Positions 26,377 through 34,187 of a DNA stretch of 64,000 bases are shown here, piece by piece; position 1 is the stretch's first letter; each line of letters starts with the position of its first letter. The notes beneath the pieces were generated by a model that had not been told where the DNA came from, ran no database searches, and worked only from the letters and a program-made list of their open reading frames with translations. Source of the DNA: an uncultured Candidatus Saccharibacteria bacterium (GTDB lineage: Bacteria; Patescibacteriota; Minisyncoccia; Phycocordibacterales; JACOZG01); NCBI GenBank assembly GCA_964591715.1, contig CAZQDR010000003.1, positions 269 through 64,268 of the forward strand, given 5' to 3'. Made by a program: the position numbers and the translations under genes.

Positions 26377-29300
26377 TATTCGTAACGAAAAGCGCTCGCG
26401 CAGGTCGCGACTTTTATTTCGTGCTCATACTTCTCGGCCAAGCTCTGTTTGGCAATCGGTATAACCACTTCCGCTTGTTCTCCTGCCTTCAAGCCGCTTT
26501 CTTTACGCCAATCCTGAATTTCGCGAATCAAATCGCGCAGTTCCCCCTCCTCCTTAAGTTCAGGAGTGATAGTCAAATCAAGTTCTACCACTGCCGACAA
26601 GTTAGGATCAAAGATTACCGCTTTAACATTTACTTCGTCTTGGATAAGTTGAGCCAGTTCAGCGGAGAGCGGAGCACTTTTGGCTTTAAGTTCTTTTAGT
26701 GGTTGGCGAACTTTAATCGCGGCTTTGGCTCGCGCCTCTAAGCCACCCGAGACGAGCTGGCGCACGAGTTGCATCGCGGTAATAATTTCTTCGTCGCTCT
26801 TGTCGGCCTCGGGCCAATGCTCTAAGTGCACGCTCTCCGCGCCACCTTTCAATTTCAAATAAATTTCCTCAGCAACAAAGGGCGTAAATGGGGCCATCAA
26901 GCACGACAACACCAACAGCGTCCGGCGGAGCGTATCCATCACTGCCTGCGCCTCAGCGGGATCAGTGGGCTTAAAGCGATCGCGCGACCGGCGTAAATAC
27001 CAAGTTGATAAATCGTCCACAAATTCGTCGATGGGCCGCAAAGCCCGATCAAGCTCATAAGACTCCATCGCCGCTGTTACTAATCCAATCACTTCGTTAA
27101 GCCGGTCGTTAATCCAACGATCTAAAATATGAGTACTAGCGGCATCGCTCGGAACGTGGGCGCCGGCGTACAGTTCATAAAACGCCACCACGTTCCGCAG
27201 ACGGCCCAGCACCCGATTACTGGTCTCGCGCAAACCACGCTCCGAAAAATTAAATTCTTCAGCATGTACCGCTGGTGATGAGAGCAAGTAAAAACGCAAC
27301 GCGTCCGCGCCAAAAGTATCAATCGTGGGTTCCAGATCGGGATAATTTTTTAGACGCTTAGACATCTTTTGGCCATCCTCGGCTAAAATCAAACCATTCA
27401 CTACGACACGCTTAAAGGGGGGGCGATTAAAAAGTCCCAGCGAGAGCACCAGCAAAACATAAAACCAGCCGCGAGTTTGATCCAAACCTTCGGCAATAAA
27501 GTCCGCGGGAAAATGCTTTTCAAACTCTTCCTTGTTGGCAAACGGATAATGTAACTGGCCGTAAGGCATGGAACCGGACTCAAACCACACATCAAAAACA
27601 TCGGGTACGCGCGCCATCTCGGCACCACACTCGCAACGGAGTTTAACCTCATCAATATACGGCCGGTGAAAGTCGAGCTCGTAGGCTTGATTGTGCGGGA
27701 GAGCGACAAAGGGCAGTGGTCGCGATTCGGCGGTTTTTAAAAAGTAACGATCCTCACTCTGCGCGGCTTCGGCCTCGTGATCATTAAAGCCTTGGGCTCC
27801 CACCATCAATAACCAGCCCACCGCTTCGTGAGTGATCAGTAAAATATTTTTACCCGCATAACGAGCGTCAATCTCATACAGCGACTGGAGCGCCCGCGCC
27901 TTCACCTCATGAAAGTTTTCCCCCGCTGGTGGCGCCTTAGTAAAGCGCTCGGCTCGACCACTGAAAAAAGCGTGGAACTTAGCCACCGACCCCCCCTCCA
28001 ATTCGCCAAAGCCCACCTCGCGCAGGCGCTCATCCAAAACCACTTGATCGGCCGGTACTCCTAAAGCCTCCGCCATGAGCGCCGCCGTCTCTCGTGTTCG
28101 CAAAACTGGCGAAGTAATGATCAGATCAATTTTTTCCTTAGCCAAAGTTTTACCGGTGGCTTCTACTTGCTCACGGCCATTTTCCGTTAAATGATTGTCG
28201 CCATCGAGCGCCGAGGTAACAATGCTTTGTACGTTCGACTGGGCCTCGCCGTGACGCATGACCCAATAATTATTTTTTGGCTGCCGCTTAGCAGTGAGCT
28301 CCTCGAGTGAGCCAATCACTTCAATTTTTTTGCAGCTTTCGCAACGCCAGACCGGTAGCGGCGCCCCCCAGTAACGCGAACGCGATACTGCCCAATCGCG
28401 CGCCCCCTCCAGCCATTTACCAAAGCGACCGTCTTTAATATATTCCGGCACCCAAGTTACGCCCTCGTTTGCCTTCAAGAGTGCCTCCTTCATCGTACTT
28501 ACAGCAATAAACCAGGATGATGACGCGTAGTTTAAGAGAGGTGTATCGCAACGCCAACAATGAGGGTAGGGGTGAGTAATTTTTTCCTTCGCAAAAAAGG
28601 TGCCATGCTCCTGCAAATATTTTAAGACTGCAATGTCAGCCGAGAGACGCTCCTTCTCATCTTCACTCTTGGGTTTAACTGGCAGACCGGCAAAATCTTT
28701 GACCGCCGCTTTAAAGTGACCGCTAGTATCAACGTGCTGGATAAAAGGTAAATTTTTAGCCTGACCCAACTTTAAGTCGTCCTCGCCGAATGCCGGTGCA
28801 ATATGGACAATGCCGGTACCATCCTCGGTTGTCACAAAATCCGCGCCGTAAACCTGCCAACCGTTCTCCTTATTTTTCAGCGTCGTATCATTCTGATAAT
28901 AATCAAAAACTGGTTGATACTTTTTACCCACCAATTTTTGTCCGGTAAATGTTTCTTCAATGGTAAAATTATCGGTTAAAACTTTTGTGGCCAGCGCCTC
29001 CGCCACAATCAACTTAATTCCGCCCTTTTCGACTCGAACATAGTTCAGTTCGGGATTAACCGCCAGCGCCACATTACCTGGCAGCGTCCAAGGTGTCGTG
29101 GTCCAGGCCAACAAGTAAGTCCCCGGCTCATCAACCAGTTCAAATTTTACCGTCACCGACAAATCCGTGACATCTTTGTAACCCTGATTAACCTCAAAGT
29201 TAGCCAGCGTTGTCTCACAGCGCGGGCACAAATGCATAGACTTGTAACCTTCGTAGGCCAAGCCCTTGTCGTAGAGTTGTTTAAAAATCCACCACACCGT

Positions 29301-29771
29301 CTCGGTGTAACTGGAGTCCATCGTTTTATAATCGTTCTCCATGTCCACAAAACGGCCAATGCGGGGAATAATCCTTTTCCACTCGTCAGCATAACGGAGC
29401 ACGCTCTCTCGTGCCTTTTGGTTAAAGACGTCAATCCCCAACGCTTCAATATCCTTTTTGGTTTTTAGACCCAACTCTTTCTCGATCAGGTTCTCGATCG
29501 GCAAGCCGTGACAATCCCAACCCCAGCGACGCGCCACTCTAAAGCCGCGCATGGTTTGATAGCGTGGAATAGCGTCTTTAATCGAGGTCGGCAGCAAGTG
29601 ACCAAAGTGAGGCAAACCGGTCGCAAAGGGCGGCCCATCATAAAAAACGTACTCGCCTTTGGGCGCATCTTTAGCCAGGGACTTGGCGAAAATTTGGTGA
29701 TCTTGCCAGAACTTAAGGATCTCTTCCTCGCGTTTGGCAACATCGGATTTTTGGGGCAGAGCTTCGGCCAT
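26376..29771 (-). CDS. ileS: Isoleucyl-tRNA synthetase with an inserted histidine-phosphatase domain
   Basis: PPFATGLPHFGHLL (HIGH region), the editing-domain WTTTPWTLPGN, and KMSKRLKN. The ~195-aa insert carries RHGE...SPVLRTRETA...THE motifs; see findings. Confidence 0.9.
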   Translation of the reverse strand: MAEALPQKSDVAKREEEILKFWQDHQIFAKSLAKDAPKGEYVFYDGPPFATGLPHFGHLLPTSIKDAIPRYQTMRGFRVARRWGWDCHGLPIENLIEKELGLKTKKDIEALGIDVFNQKARESVLRYADEWKRIIPRIGRFVDMENDYKTMDSSYTETVWWIFKQLYDKGLAYEGYKSMHLCPRCETTLANFEVNQGYKDVTDLSVTVKFELVDEPGTYLLAWTTTPWTLPGNVALAVNPELNYVRVEKGGIKLIVAEALATKVLTDNFTIEETFTGQKLVGKKYQPVFDYYQNDTTLKNKENGWQVYGADFVTTEDGTGIVHIAPAFGEDDLKLGQAKNLPFIQHVDTSGHFKAAVKDFAGLPVKPKSEDEKERLSADIAVLKYLQEHGTFFAKEKITHPYPHCWRCDTPLLNYASSSWFIAVSTMKEALLKANEGVTWVPEYIKDGRFGKWLEGARDWAVSRSRYWGAPLPVWRCESCKKIEVIGSLEELTAKRQPKNNYWVMRHGEAQSNVQSIVTSALDGDNHLTENGREQVEATGKTLAKEKIDLIITSPVLRTRETAALMAEALGVPADQVVLDERLREVGFGELEGGSVAKFHAFFSGRAERFTKAPPAGENFHEVKARALQSLYEIDARYAGKNILLITHEAVGWLLMVGAQGFNDHEAEAAQSEDRYFLKTAESRPLPFVALPHNQAYELDFHRPYIDEVKLRCECGAEMARVPDVFDVWFESGSMPYGQLHYPFANKEEFEKHFPADFIAEGLDQTRGWFYVLLVLSLGLFNRPPFKRVVVNGLILAEDGQKMSKRLKNYPDLEPTIDTFGADALRFYLLSSPAVHAEEFNFSERGLRETSNRVLGRLRNVVAFYELYAGAHVPSDAASTHILDRWINDRLNEVIGLVTAAMESYELDRALRPIDEFVDDLSTWYLRRSRDRFKPTDPAEAQAVMDTLRRTLLVLSCLMAPFTPFVAEEIYLKLKGGAESVHLEHWPEADKSDEEIITAMQLVRQLVSGGLEARAKAAIKVRQPLKELKAKSAPLSAELAQLIQDEVNVKAVIFDPNLSAVVELDLTITPELKEEGELRDLIREIQDWRKESGLKAGEQAEVVIPIAKQSLAEKYEHEIKVATCASAFRYE

Positions 29772-29780
29772 ATAGCGTTT

Positions 29781-29815
29781 ATCCTAGCATTTTTCGGCCA
29801 AGAAAAAAGCCCGCG
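29781..29815 (-). repeat. Copy 1 of a 35-nt terminator-tail/promoter cassette upstream of ileS
   Basis: ATCCTAGCATTTTTCGGCCAAGAAAAAAGCCCGCG matches 31619-31654 apart from one substitution and one extra C. Confidence 0.8.
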
Positions 29816-29825
29816 AGATGCGGGC
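29802..29825 (-). terminator. Intrinsic terminator downstream of argS and the small ORF
   Basis: GCCCGCG-AGA-TGCGGGC hairpin followed by T6 on the minus strand. Confidence 0.7.
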
Positions 29826-29831
29826 GAAGGG

Positions 29832-29960
29832 TCAGGGGCTCGAAGGCGGTGTCTTGTCGCCACAAAGGCTAAAGATTATCGCCAAGATCCCCAACAGGAA
29901 GACAGTGAGCAACCAGGCTCCGGGAGAGTGAGCGAACTCTTCAAGCGTCACAGCGTCCAC
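29832..29960 (-). CDS. Possible 42-aa single-TM peptide (GTG start)
   Basis: AAAGGA lies 6 nt upstream of the GTG. The hydrophobic core AWLLTVFLLGILAIIFSL sits between argS and its terminator. Confidence 0.25.
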   Translation of the reverse strand: MDAVTLEEFAHSPGAWLLTVFLLGILAIIFSLCGDKTPPSSP

Positions 29961-30012
29961 GGCGAATCCTTTCGCACTTAAAACTAATTGAGCGGCGGCC
30001 GATTTAGTTATA

Positions 30013-31611
30013 TCACATCTGGTCCGGAGTCTGTATCCCCAACAGCCCGAGGCCATTTTTGAGCACTTGGGCGACGGCCGCCGTCAGTGCCAAGCGATAG
30101 TTCTCGTTCTCACTGCCAATAATCCGATTTTGGGCATAGTAGGCGTTAAAAGCCGAGGCCAGCTCCAGCAAGTAAGTCACAATATAGTTTGGCGCCAATT
30201 CTTGGGCCGCAAATGCCGCCAGATCCGGGAAACGAATTAATAATTTCTCTACCGCTGTCGCGTCCTCCGCCACTAACTCGACTGCCAAATTCGGCGCCTT
30301 AGCAAGAATAGACTGCGCGCGCACGGCAGTGTACTGCAGGTAAGGACCGGAGTCGCCTAAAAAGGAGAGCGATTTTTCTAAATCAAAAATAATATCGCGA
30401 CCAGGCGCCTGTTTCAAAATCGAATATTTAATTGCGGCCACCGCAATCGGCTCAGTCACATCCTCCCGCGCCTTCATCGCCTCGGCTAATAAAAATTCCG
30501 CCGTAATGACATCGCCAGTCCGGGAAGACATTTTTCCGGTTGGCAAACGAAGCATCCCGTGAGCCACATGTTTAGTTTTAGCGGCCAAGTCAGGAAAAAC
30601 CAACGACATCGCCTTTAACAACACTTTAAAATAGGCTTGGATTTCGTTGCCGGTCACCACGATCGACTGATCATACGGGAACTCGTCAAATTTAATTTTA
30701 GCTAGCCCCAACTCCTTCGCTTCATAAGTCGGCAACCCGTCCGAGTTAATAAAAACTCGGGTATGTAAGCCCTCCTCTTCGGCTCCCTTAAAGACTACGG
30801 CGCCATCGCTCTTTTCAAACACTTTACCTAAGTTATCCTCCACCACCTGCTTACCAAACGGTCCCGCCGCACTCTCAAAGAAATAATAATCAAATTTAGT
30901 CCCCAGCTTCTCGTAAATGGTTTCGAAATATTCTAAACTGACCCGCCGACCCTCGTCATAAATTTTATTAATTGCCTCGTCGCTCTTGTCATAAATCTTT
31001 TTGTTGATTTCTCTGATCGCCGCCTCGTCACCCTTGGTGGCGCCGTAGGCGTAGGCCTCGCCGAGCGTTGCGGCCGAGAGTTGGGCGGGCTTAAGTTCAA
31101 GTAACCCCCAAACCGCCCTGGCGACGTGTAACCCGACATCACCCTGATAACACGCCCGTTTAACCTCCGCGCCACTAAAAGCCAAGAGGCGGGACAGTGA
31201 CTCGCCGATCACATTTGGCATCAGGTGACCAATGTGAAATTCTTTAAATGGATTAGGGTCGGTATACTCGACAATCACTTTTTGCCCGGCCAGCTTTTGA
31301 CCACGACCATAATTCTCCTTCTCGCTTAAAACTTTTTTAATTTCCGCTGCAAAAACGGAGGTGGCTAAATAAAAATTAATAAAACCTGGACCGGCCACCT
31401 CCACCTTGGCCAACCACTCGGGTTTATCAGCTAAAATTTTTTCCTTAATTTTCTCCGCCACGGCTTTGGGATTCTCTCCCGCAGTTTTAGCGGCAACCAT
31501 GGCGACGTTAGAAGCAAAATCTCCGTGCGCCAAATCAGCCGGATATTCGACGGAAAATTTAACGGGCGCCTCCAGCACCCCCTCAATTAGTTTTTTGACC
31601 ACCTCTTTCAT
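30013..31611 (-). CDS. argS: Arginyl-tRNA synthetase
   Basis: EYTDPNPFKEFHIGHL (HIGH region) and the typical class I Arg C-terminal DALR domain. The start was placed at the third ATG because the -10 element overlaps the first two. Confidence 0.9.
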   Translation of the reverse strand: MKEVVKKLIEGVLEAPVKFSVEYPADLAHGDFASNVAMVAAKTAGENPKAVAEKIKEKILADKPEWLAKVEVAGPGFINFYLATSVFAAEIKKVLSEKENYGRGQKLAGQKVIVEYTDPNPFKEFHIGHLMPNVIGESLSRLLAFSGAEVKRACYQGDVGLHVARAVWGLLELKPAQLSAATLGEAYAYGATKGDEAAIREINKKIYDKSDEAINKIYDEGRRVSLEYFETIYEKLGTKFDYYFFESAAGPFGKQVVEDNLGKVFEKSDGAVVFKGAEEEGLHTRVFINSDGLPTYEAKELGLAKIKFDEFPYDQSIVVTGNEIQAYFKVLLKAMSLVFPDLAAKTKHVAHGMLRLPTGKMSSRTGDVITAEFLLAEAMKAREDVTEPIAVAAIKYSILKQAPGRDIIFDLEKSLSFLGDSGPYLQYTAVRAQSILAKAPNLAVELVAEDATAVEKLLIRFPDLAAFAAQELAPNYIVTYLLELASAFNAYYAQNRIIGSENENYRLALTAAVAQVLKNGLGLLGIQTPDQM

Positions 31612-31618
31612 TGCCATC

Positions 31619-31654
31619 ATCCTAGCATTTTTCGGACAAGAAAAAAGCCCCGCG
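31619..31654 (-). repeat. Copy 2 of the terminator-tail/promoter cassette upstream of argS
   Basis: ATCCTAGCATTTTTCGGACAAGAAAAAAGCCCCGCG. Confidence 0.8.
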
Positions 31655-31686
31655 TTTCTCTGTCGTTAAACAGAAAAATGCGGGGC
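31641..31686 (-). terminator. Intrinsic terminator after the 31702-32292 gene
   Basis: GCCCCGC...GCGGGGC outer stem with a nested inner helix, followed by T6 on the minus strand. Confidence 0.7.
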
Positions 31687-31701
31687 ATGAGGCACGCCAA
31701 C

Positions 31702-32292
31702 TCAGCGGGAGAATACCCGACTGCCGTCGCGCCACTCACGCGGACCCTCGACCGCACGGGCGTTCACGCCCCAACCGGCCTTAAGCCAGTCCACACCGAC
31801 CAAGAGCAGAACTCCTTCAGCGTCGCGAACGTAAAAGATGTTCACGTAACCATTGTTAAGGAGCGCGCCACTCTCGCCTTTCGCCTGCCGACTGATCAGC
31901 TGAACAATGGCGGAAAGCGTGGTCTCCACCTTCTCCTCTCCACCCAACTCGGCGATGATTCGTAGATCGCGAGACTGCTTCCTGAGTCGGTGGGAGCGGA
32001 GCACAGTCTCCGGCTGCGGTTCCTCCACCTTGTTGCCGAACCAAGTCTTGAAGTTCTTACCAAGCCAGGCGATACCACTCTGGCCGACGACCAACTCCTG
32101 TTCGGCAACGAACTTGGCCGTGGTCGCGACGATGGTGATAGTAGTGAGGAAGTCGAGAATGCTGTCCACGATTTCCTCAATCACCACCTTTGCCTTTCCG
32201 GCGAGCAGGCTCTTGGCGTTCTCCTCACCAATAATGTTGATGAGCGCTTCCACCTGACCGAACGACCAACCGCTATACTTGTAACTAGCCAT
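31702..32292 (-). CDS. Hypothetical protein, paralog A of an unknown family
   Basis: Start re-picked at MASYKYSGW (ATG at 32292). The C-terminal ~130 aa align with the 32500-32994 product. Confidence 0.6.
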   Translation of the reverse strand: MASYKYSGWSFGQVEALINIIGEENAKSLLAGKAKVVIEEIVDSILDFLTTITIVATTAKFVAEQELVVGQSGIAWLGKNFKTWFGNKVEEPQPETVLRSHRLRKQSRDLRIIAELGGEEKVETTLSAIVQLISRQAKGESGALLNNGYVNIFYVRDAEGVLLLVGVDWLKAGWGVNARAVEGPREWRDGSRVFSR

Positions 32293-32388
32293 AGCACACA
32301 AACCTTTCCGGCTAAAAGCCGAGAAACTGCCTCTACCCGAGGTGGGGGCTGTATTCACTCGAATCCAGCGTTTCAAAGAACTAATATT

Positions 32389-32417
32389 AGTATACACCTA
32401 ATTACCCTATTTGTCAA
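32389..32417 (-). promoter_or_regulatory. Sigma70-type promoter TTGACA-17-TATACT for paralog A
   Basis: -35 at 32412-32417 and -10 at 32389-32394. A ~95-nt leader follows. Confidence 0.6.
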
Positions 32418-32445
32418 TAATAGAAAGTGGCTTAAATTGGCGATA

Positions 32446-32479
32446 AAAAAGAGCCCCATCACTGGTGTGATAGGGCTCG
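32446..32479 (-). terminator. Intrinsic terminator after paralog B
   Basis: GAGCCC...GGGCTC hairpin followed by T6 on the minus strand. Confidence 0.65.
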
Positions 32480-32499
32480 GGGTCAGGGGCACAACGGGC

Positions 32500-32994
32500 T
32501 TAGCGGCGGGCGATGTCGACGGAGAAGAAGCGCACTTGGCGACTCTTCAACCAGCCGTCGTAATCGGCCCAAGTCAGGCCAACATTCCAGCGTCGGGAAT
32601 ACTTAAAGAGAACGACGCATCGAGGCTGCCGGCGGCCGTCCAGGATATTGAACAGATTCAACCCGCCATCGGCAATCAGGGCGTCGCCACCCTGGGACGA
32701 TTGATCAATCAACCAAGCCAGGTCGGCCAAGGTCGTATGGGCTCGAGCCCACTCGGCGAGAGAGACCTCCATCTCGGCCCGATTGGACCAATTTGAAGAT
32801 TGATCCCACCTCAACTGCGCCGCCGCCTGGGCCGCCTCCACCTTGTCGAGGAAGCTGTTCCTAAAGTGGGGTGATAGAGCCGCTGGGTCGAACCGCTCGG
32901 CGGTGAAGAACTTGGCGGCCACAAACCGTGGCAGGGCTGGCCGAACAATGGCTGCTGGGCTCTGAATTACCGTCGCACTACTCGTTACCATCAT
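32500..32994 (-). CDS. Hypothetical protein, paralog B of an unknown family
   Basis: Start re-picked at MMVTSS (ATG at 32994), preceded by GGAGGAGG. Confidence 0.6.
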   Translation of the reverse strand: MMVTSSATVIQSPAAIVRPALPRFVAAKFFTAERFDPAALSPHFRNSFLDKVEAAQAAAQLRWDQSSNWSNRAEMEVSLAEWARAHTTLADLAWLIDQSSQGGDALIADGGLNLFNILDGRRQPRCVVLFKYSRRWNVGLTWADYDGWLKSRQVRFFSVDIARR

Positions 32995-33042
32995 TTCCTC
33001 CTCCCGGGGAAAATATAACAAACAACAGATACTCCACCCTTG

Positions 33043-33071
33043 TTTATACCTCTTCTTTAACCTATTGTCAA
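33043..33071 (-). promoter_or_regulatory. Sigma70-type promoter TTGACA-17-TATAAA for paralog B
   Basis: -35 at 33066-33071 and -10 at 33043-33048. The first 15 nt resemble the paralog A promoter. Confidence 0.55.
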
Positions 33072-33073
33072 CT

Positions 33074-33502
33074 CTACTTGCGGCCCGTGCTACCAAAAGC
33101 ACTGGTGCCCCGAGAAGAATCGGCCAGTTCAGCGGCTTCTTCCAACTCGGCGACCGCGACGGGATAAATGATAAGTTGAGCCACCTTATCCCCCACTTCA
33201 ACGGTATATGCCTTGTCGCTCAAATTAACCAAGTGAACATTATACTCGCCGCGATAACCAGCATCGAACACGCCACCCATGGTATGTAATCCTGCTTTAG
33301 AGATACTCCCCTTGTCTTTAATAATCGCCGCATAACCAGCTGGGAACTCTAAGGCAAAACCCAAATGGAATCGCGCGTGATCACCCGGCAGAATAGTTTG
33401 TTCTTCTAGAGCATACAAATCTAATCCGGCGTCTCCAGGATGACCATAGGTTGGCTGCTTTGCTTCCGGCTTTAATTTTTTAAACTTTATGGACAGGGAC
33501 AT
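33074..33502 (-). CDS. dut: dUTP diphosphatase (trimeric dUTPase)
   Basis: GDAGLDLYA, GVFDAGYRGE, and the C-terminal RGTSAFGSTG motif. Confidence 0.9.
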   Translation of the reverse strand: MSLSIKFKKLKPEAKQPTYGHPGDAGLDLYALEEQTILPGDHARFHLGFALEFPAGYAAIIKDKGSISKAGLHTMGGVFDAGYRGEYNVHLVNLSDKAYTVEVGDKVAQLIIYPVAVAELEEAAELADSSRGTSAFGSTGRK

Positions 33503-34187
33503 GTTTCTTCACTAATTTATAAACTTGCTCATGGACCGCTTCGGGCGTTTGGCAAACCATTCCGGCACAACACTCAATGCGGCGCCACTTTTTATCTTTC
33601 TCGGCTAAGGCCAGCGCGCTCTGGCGCGAATTTTTAAGATGGAGCAGATTATCCTCGGCAACATCTTTGCGGCCCTTTAAATATTTCTTACGGCGCTTGG
33701 CGATCTTTTTCTCAAGCCACAGCTTACTCACCTCAAATGGCACGTCTAAATAAATCACCAAATCTGGTTTGGGAATTTTAAAAACGCCGTACTCCATTTT
33801 ATCAAGCCAAGTTAAAAACTCCTGACGCTTTTTAGGATCAGCGATTTTGCCACCCTGGTGGATTTGGTTAGCACTGACATAACGATCAGCGACAACAACA
33901 AAGCCAGCCGCGAGCCACTCTTTAATTTTGGCACTAGTCTCAAAACGGTCCGCGGCATAGAGCACTGAGGCTAGGCGTGGATCAGCCTGAATAAAATCAC
34001 CATGGAGTCCGGAAAGATATTCGCCAATTAAAGCGCCAAAAAAATTATCATAATAACGAGGGAAGTCGATCGTTTTAACCGGCACCTTCTCTTTTTTCAA
34101 CCGGTCAGCTAAAAGTTTAGTTTGCGTCGCCTTGCCTGAACCATCAATCCCGTCAATCACCACTAACCGTCCTGCCGTTTTAGTCAT
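33480..34187 (-). CDS. tmk: Thymidylate kinase
   Basis: VVIDGIDGSGKATQTKLL P-loop and the DRY motif (VADRYVSAN). Confidence 0.85.
   Translation of the reverse strand: MTKTAGRLVVIDGIDGSGKATQTKLLADRLKKEKVPVKTIDFPRYYDNFFGALIGEYLSGLHGDFIQADPRLASVLYAADRFETSAKIKEWLAAGFVVVADRYVSANQIHQGGKIADPKKRQEFLTWLDKMEYGVFKIPKPDLVIYLDVPFEVSKLWLEKKIAKRRKKYLKGRKDVAEDNLLHLKNSRQSALALAEKDKKWRRIECCAGMVCQTPEAVHEQVYKLVKKHVPVHKV

Noticed and set aside
29829-29840. GGGTCAGGGGC recurs at 29829-29840 and 32480-32491, each near a minus-strand stop codon.
   Set aside because: It is only 11 nt, and the flanks are unrelated. This is most likely chance in G+C-rich terminator-proximal sequence.
31990-32796. A 268-aa plus-strand ORF spanning the region of the two paralogous unknown genes.
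   Set aside because: It runs antisense to two minus-strand genes that have SDs, promoters and terminators. It reads straight through their intergenic promoter and terminator, and its product is low-complexity (Gly/Arg/Leu-rich). It is a shadow ORF in a G+C-rich stretch.
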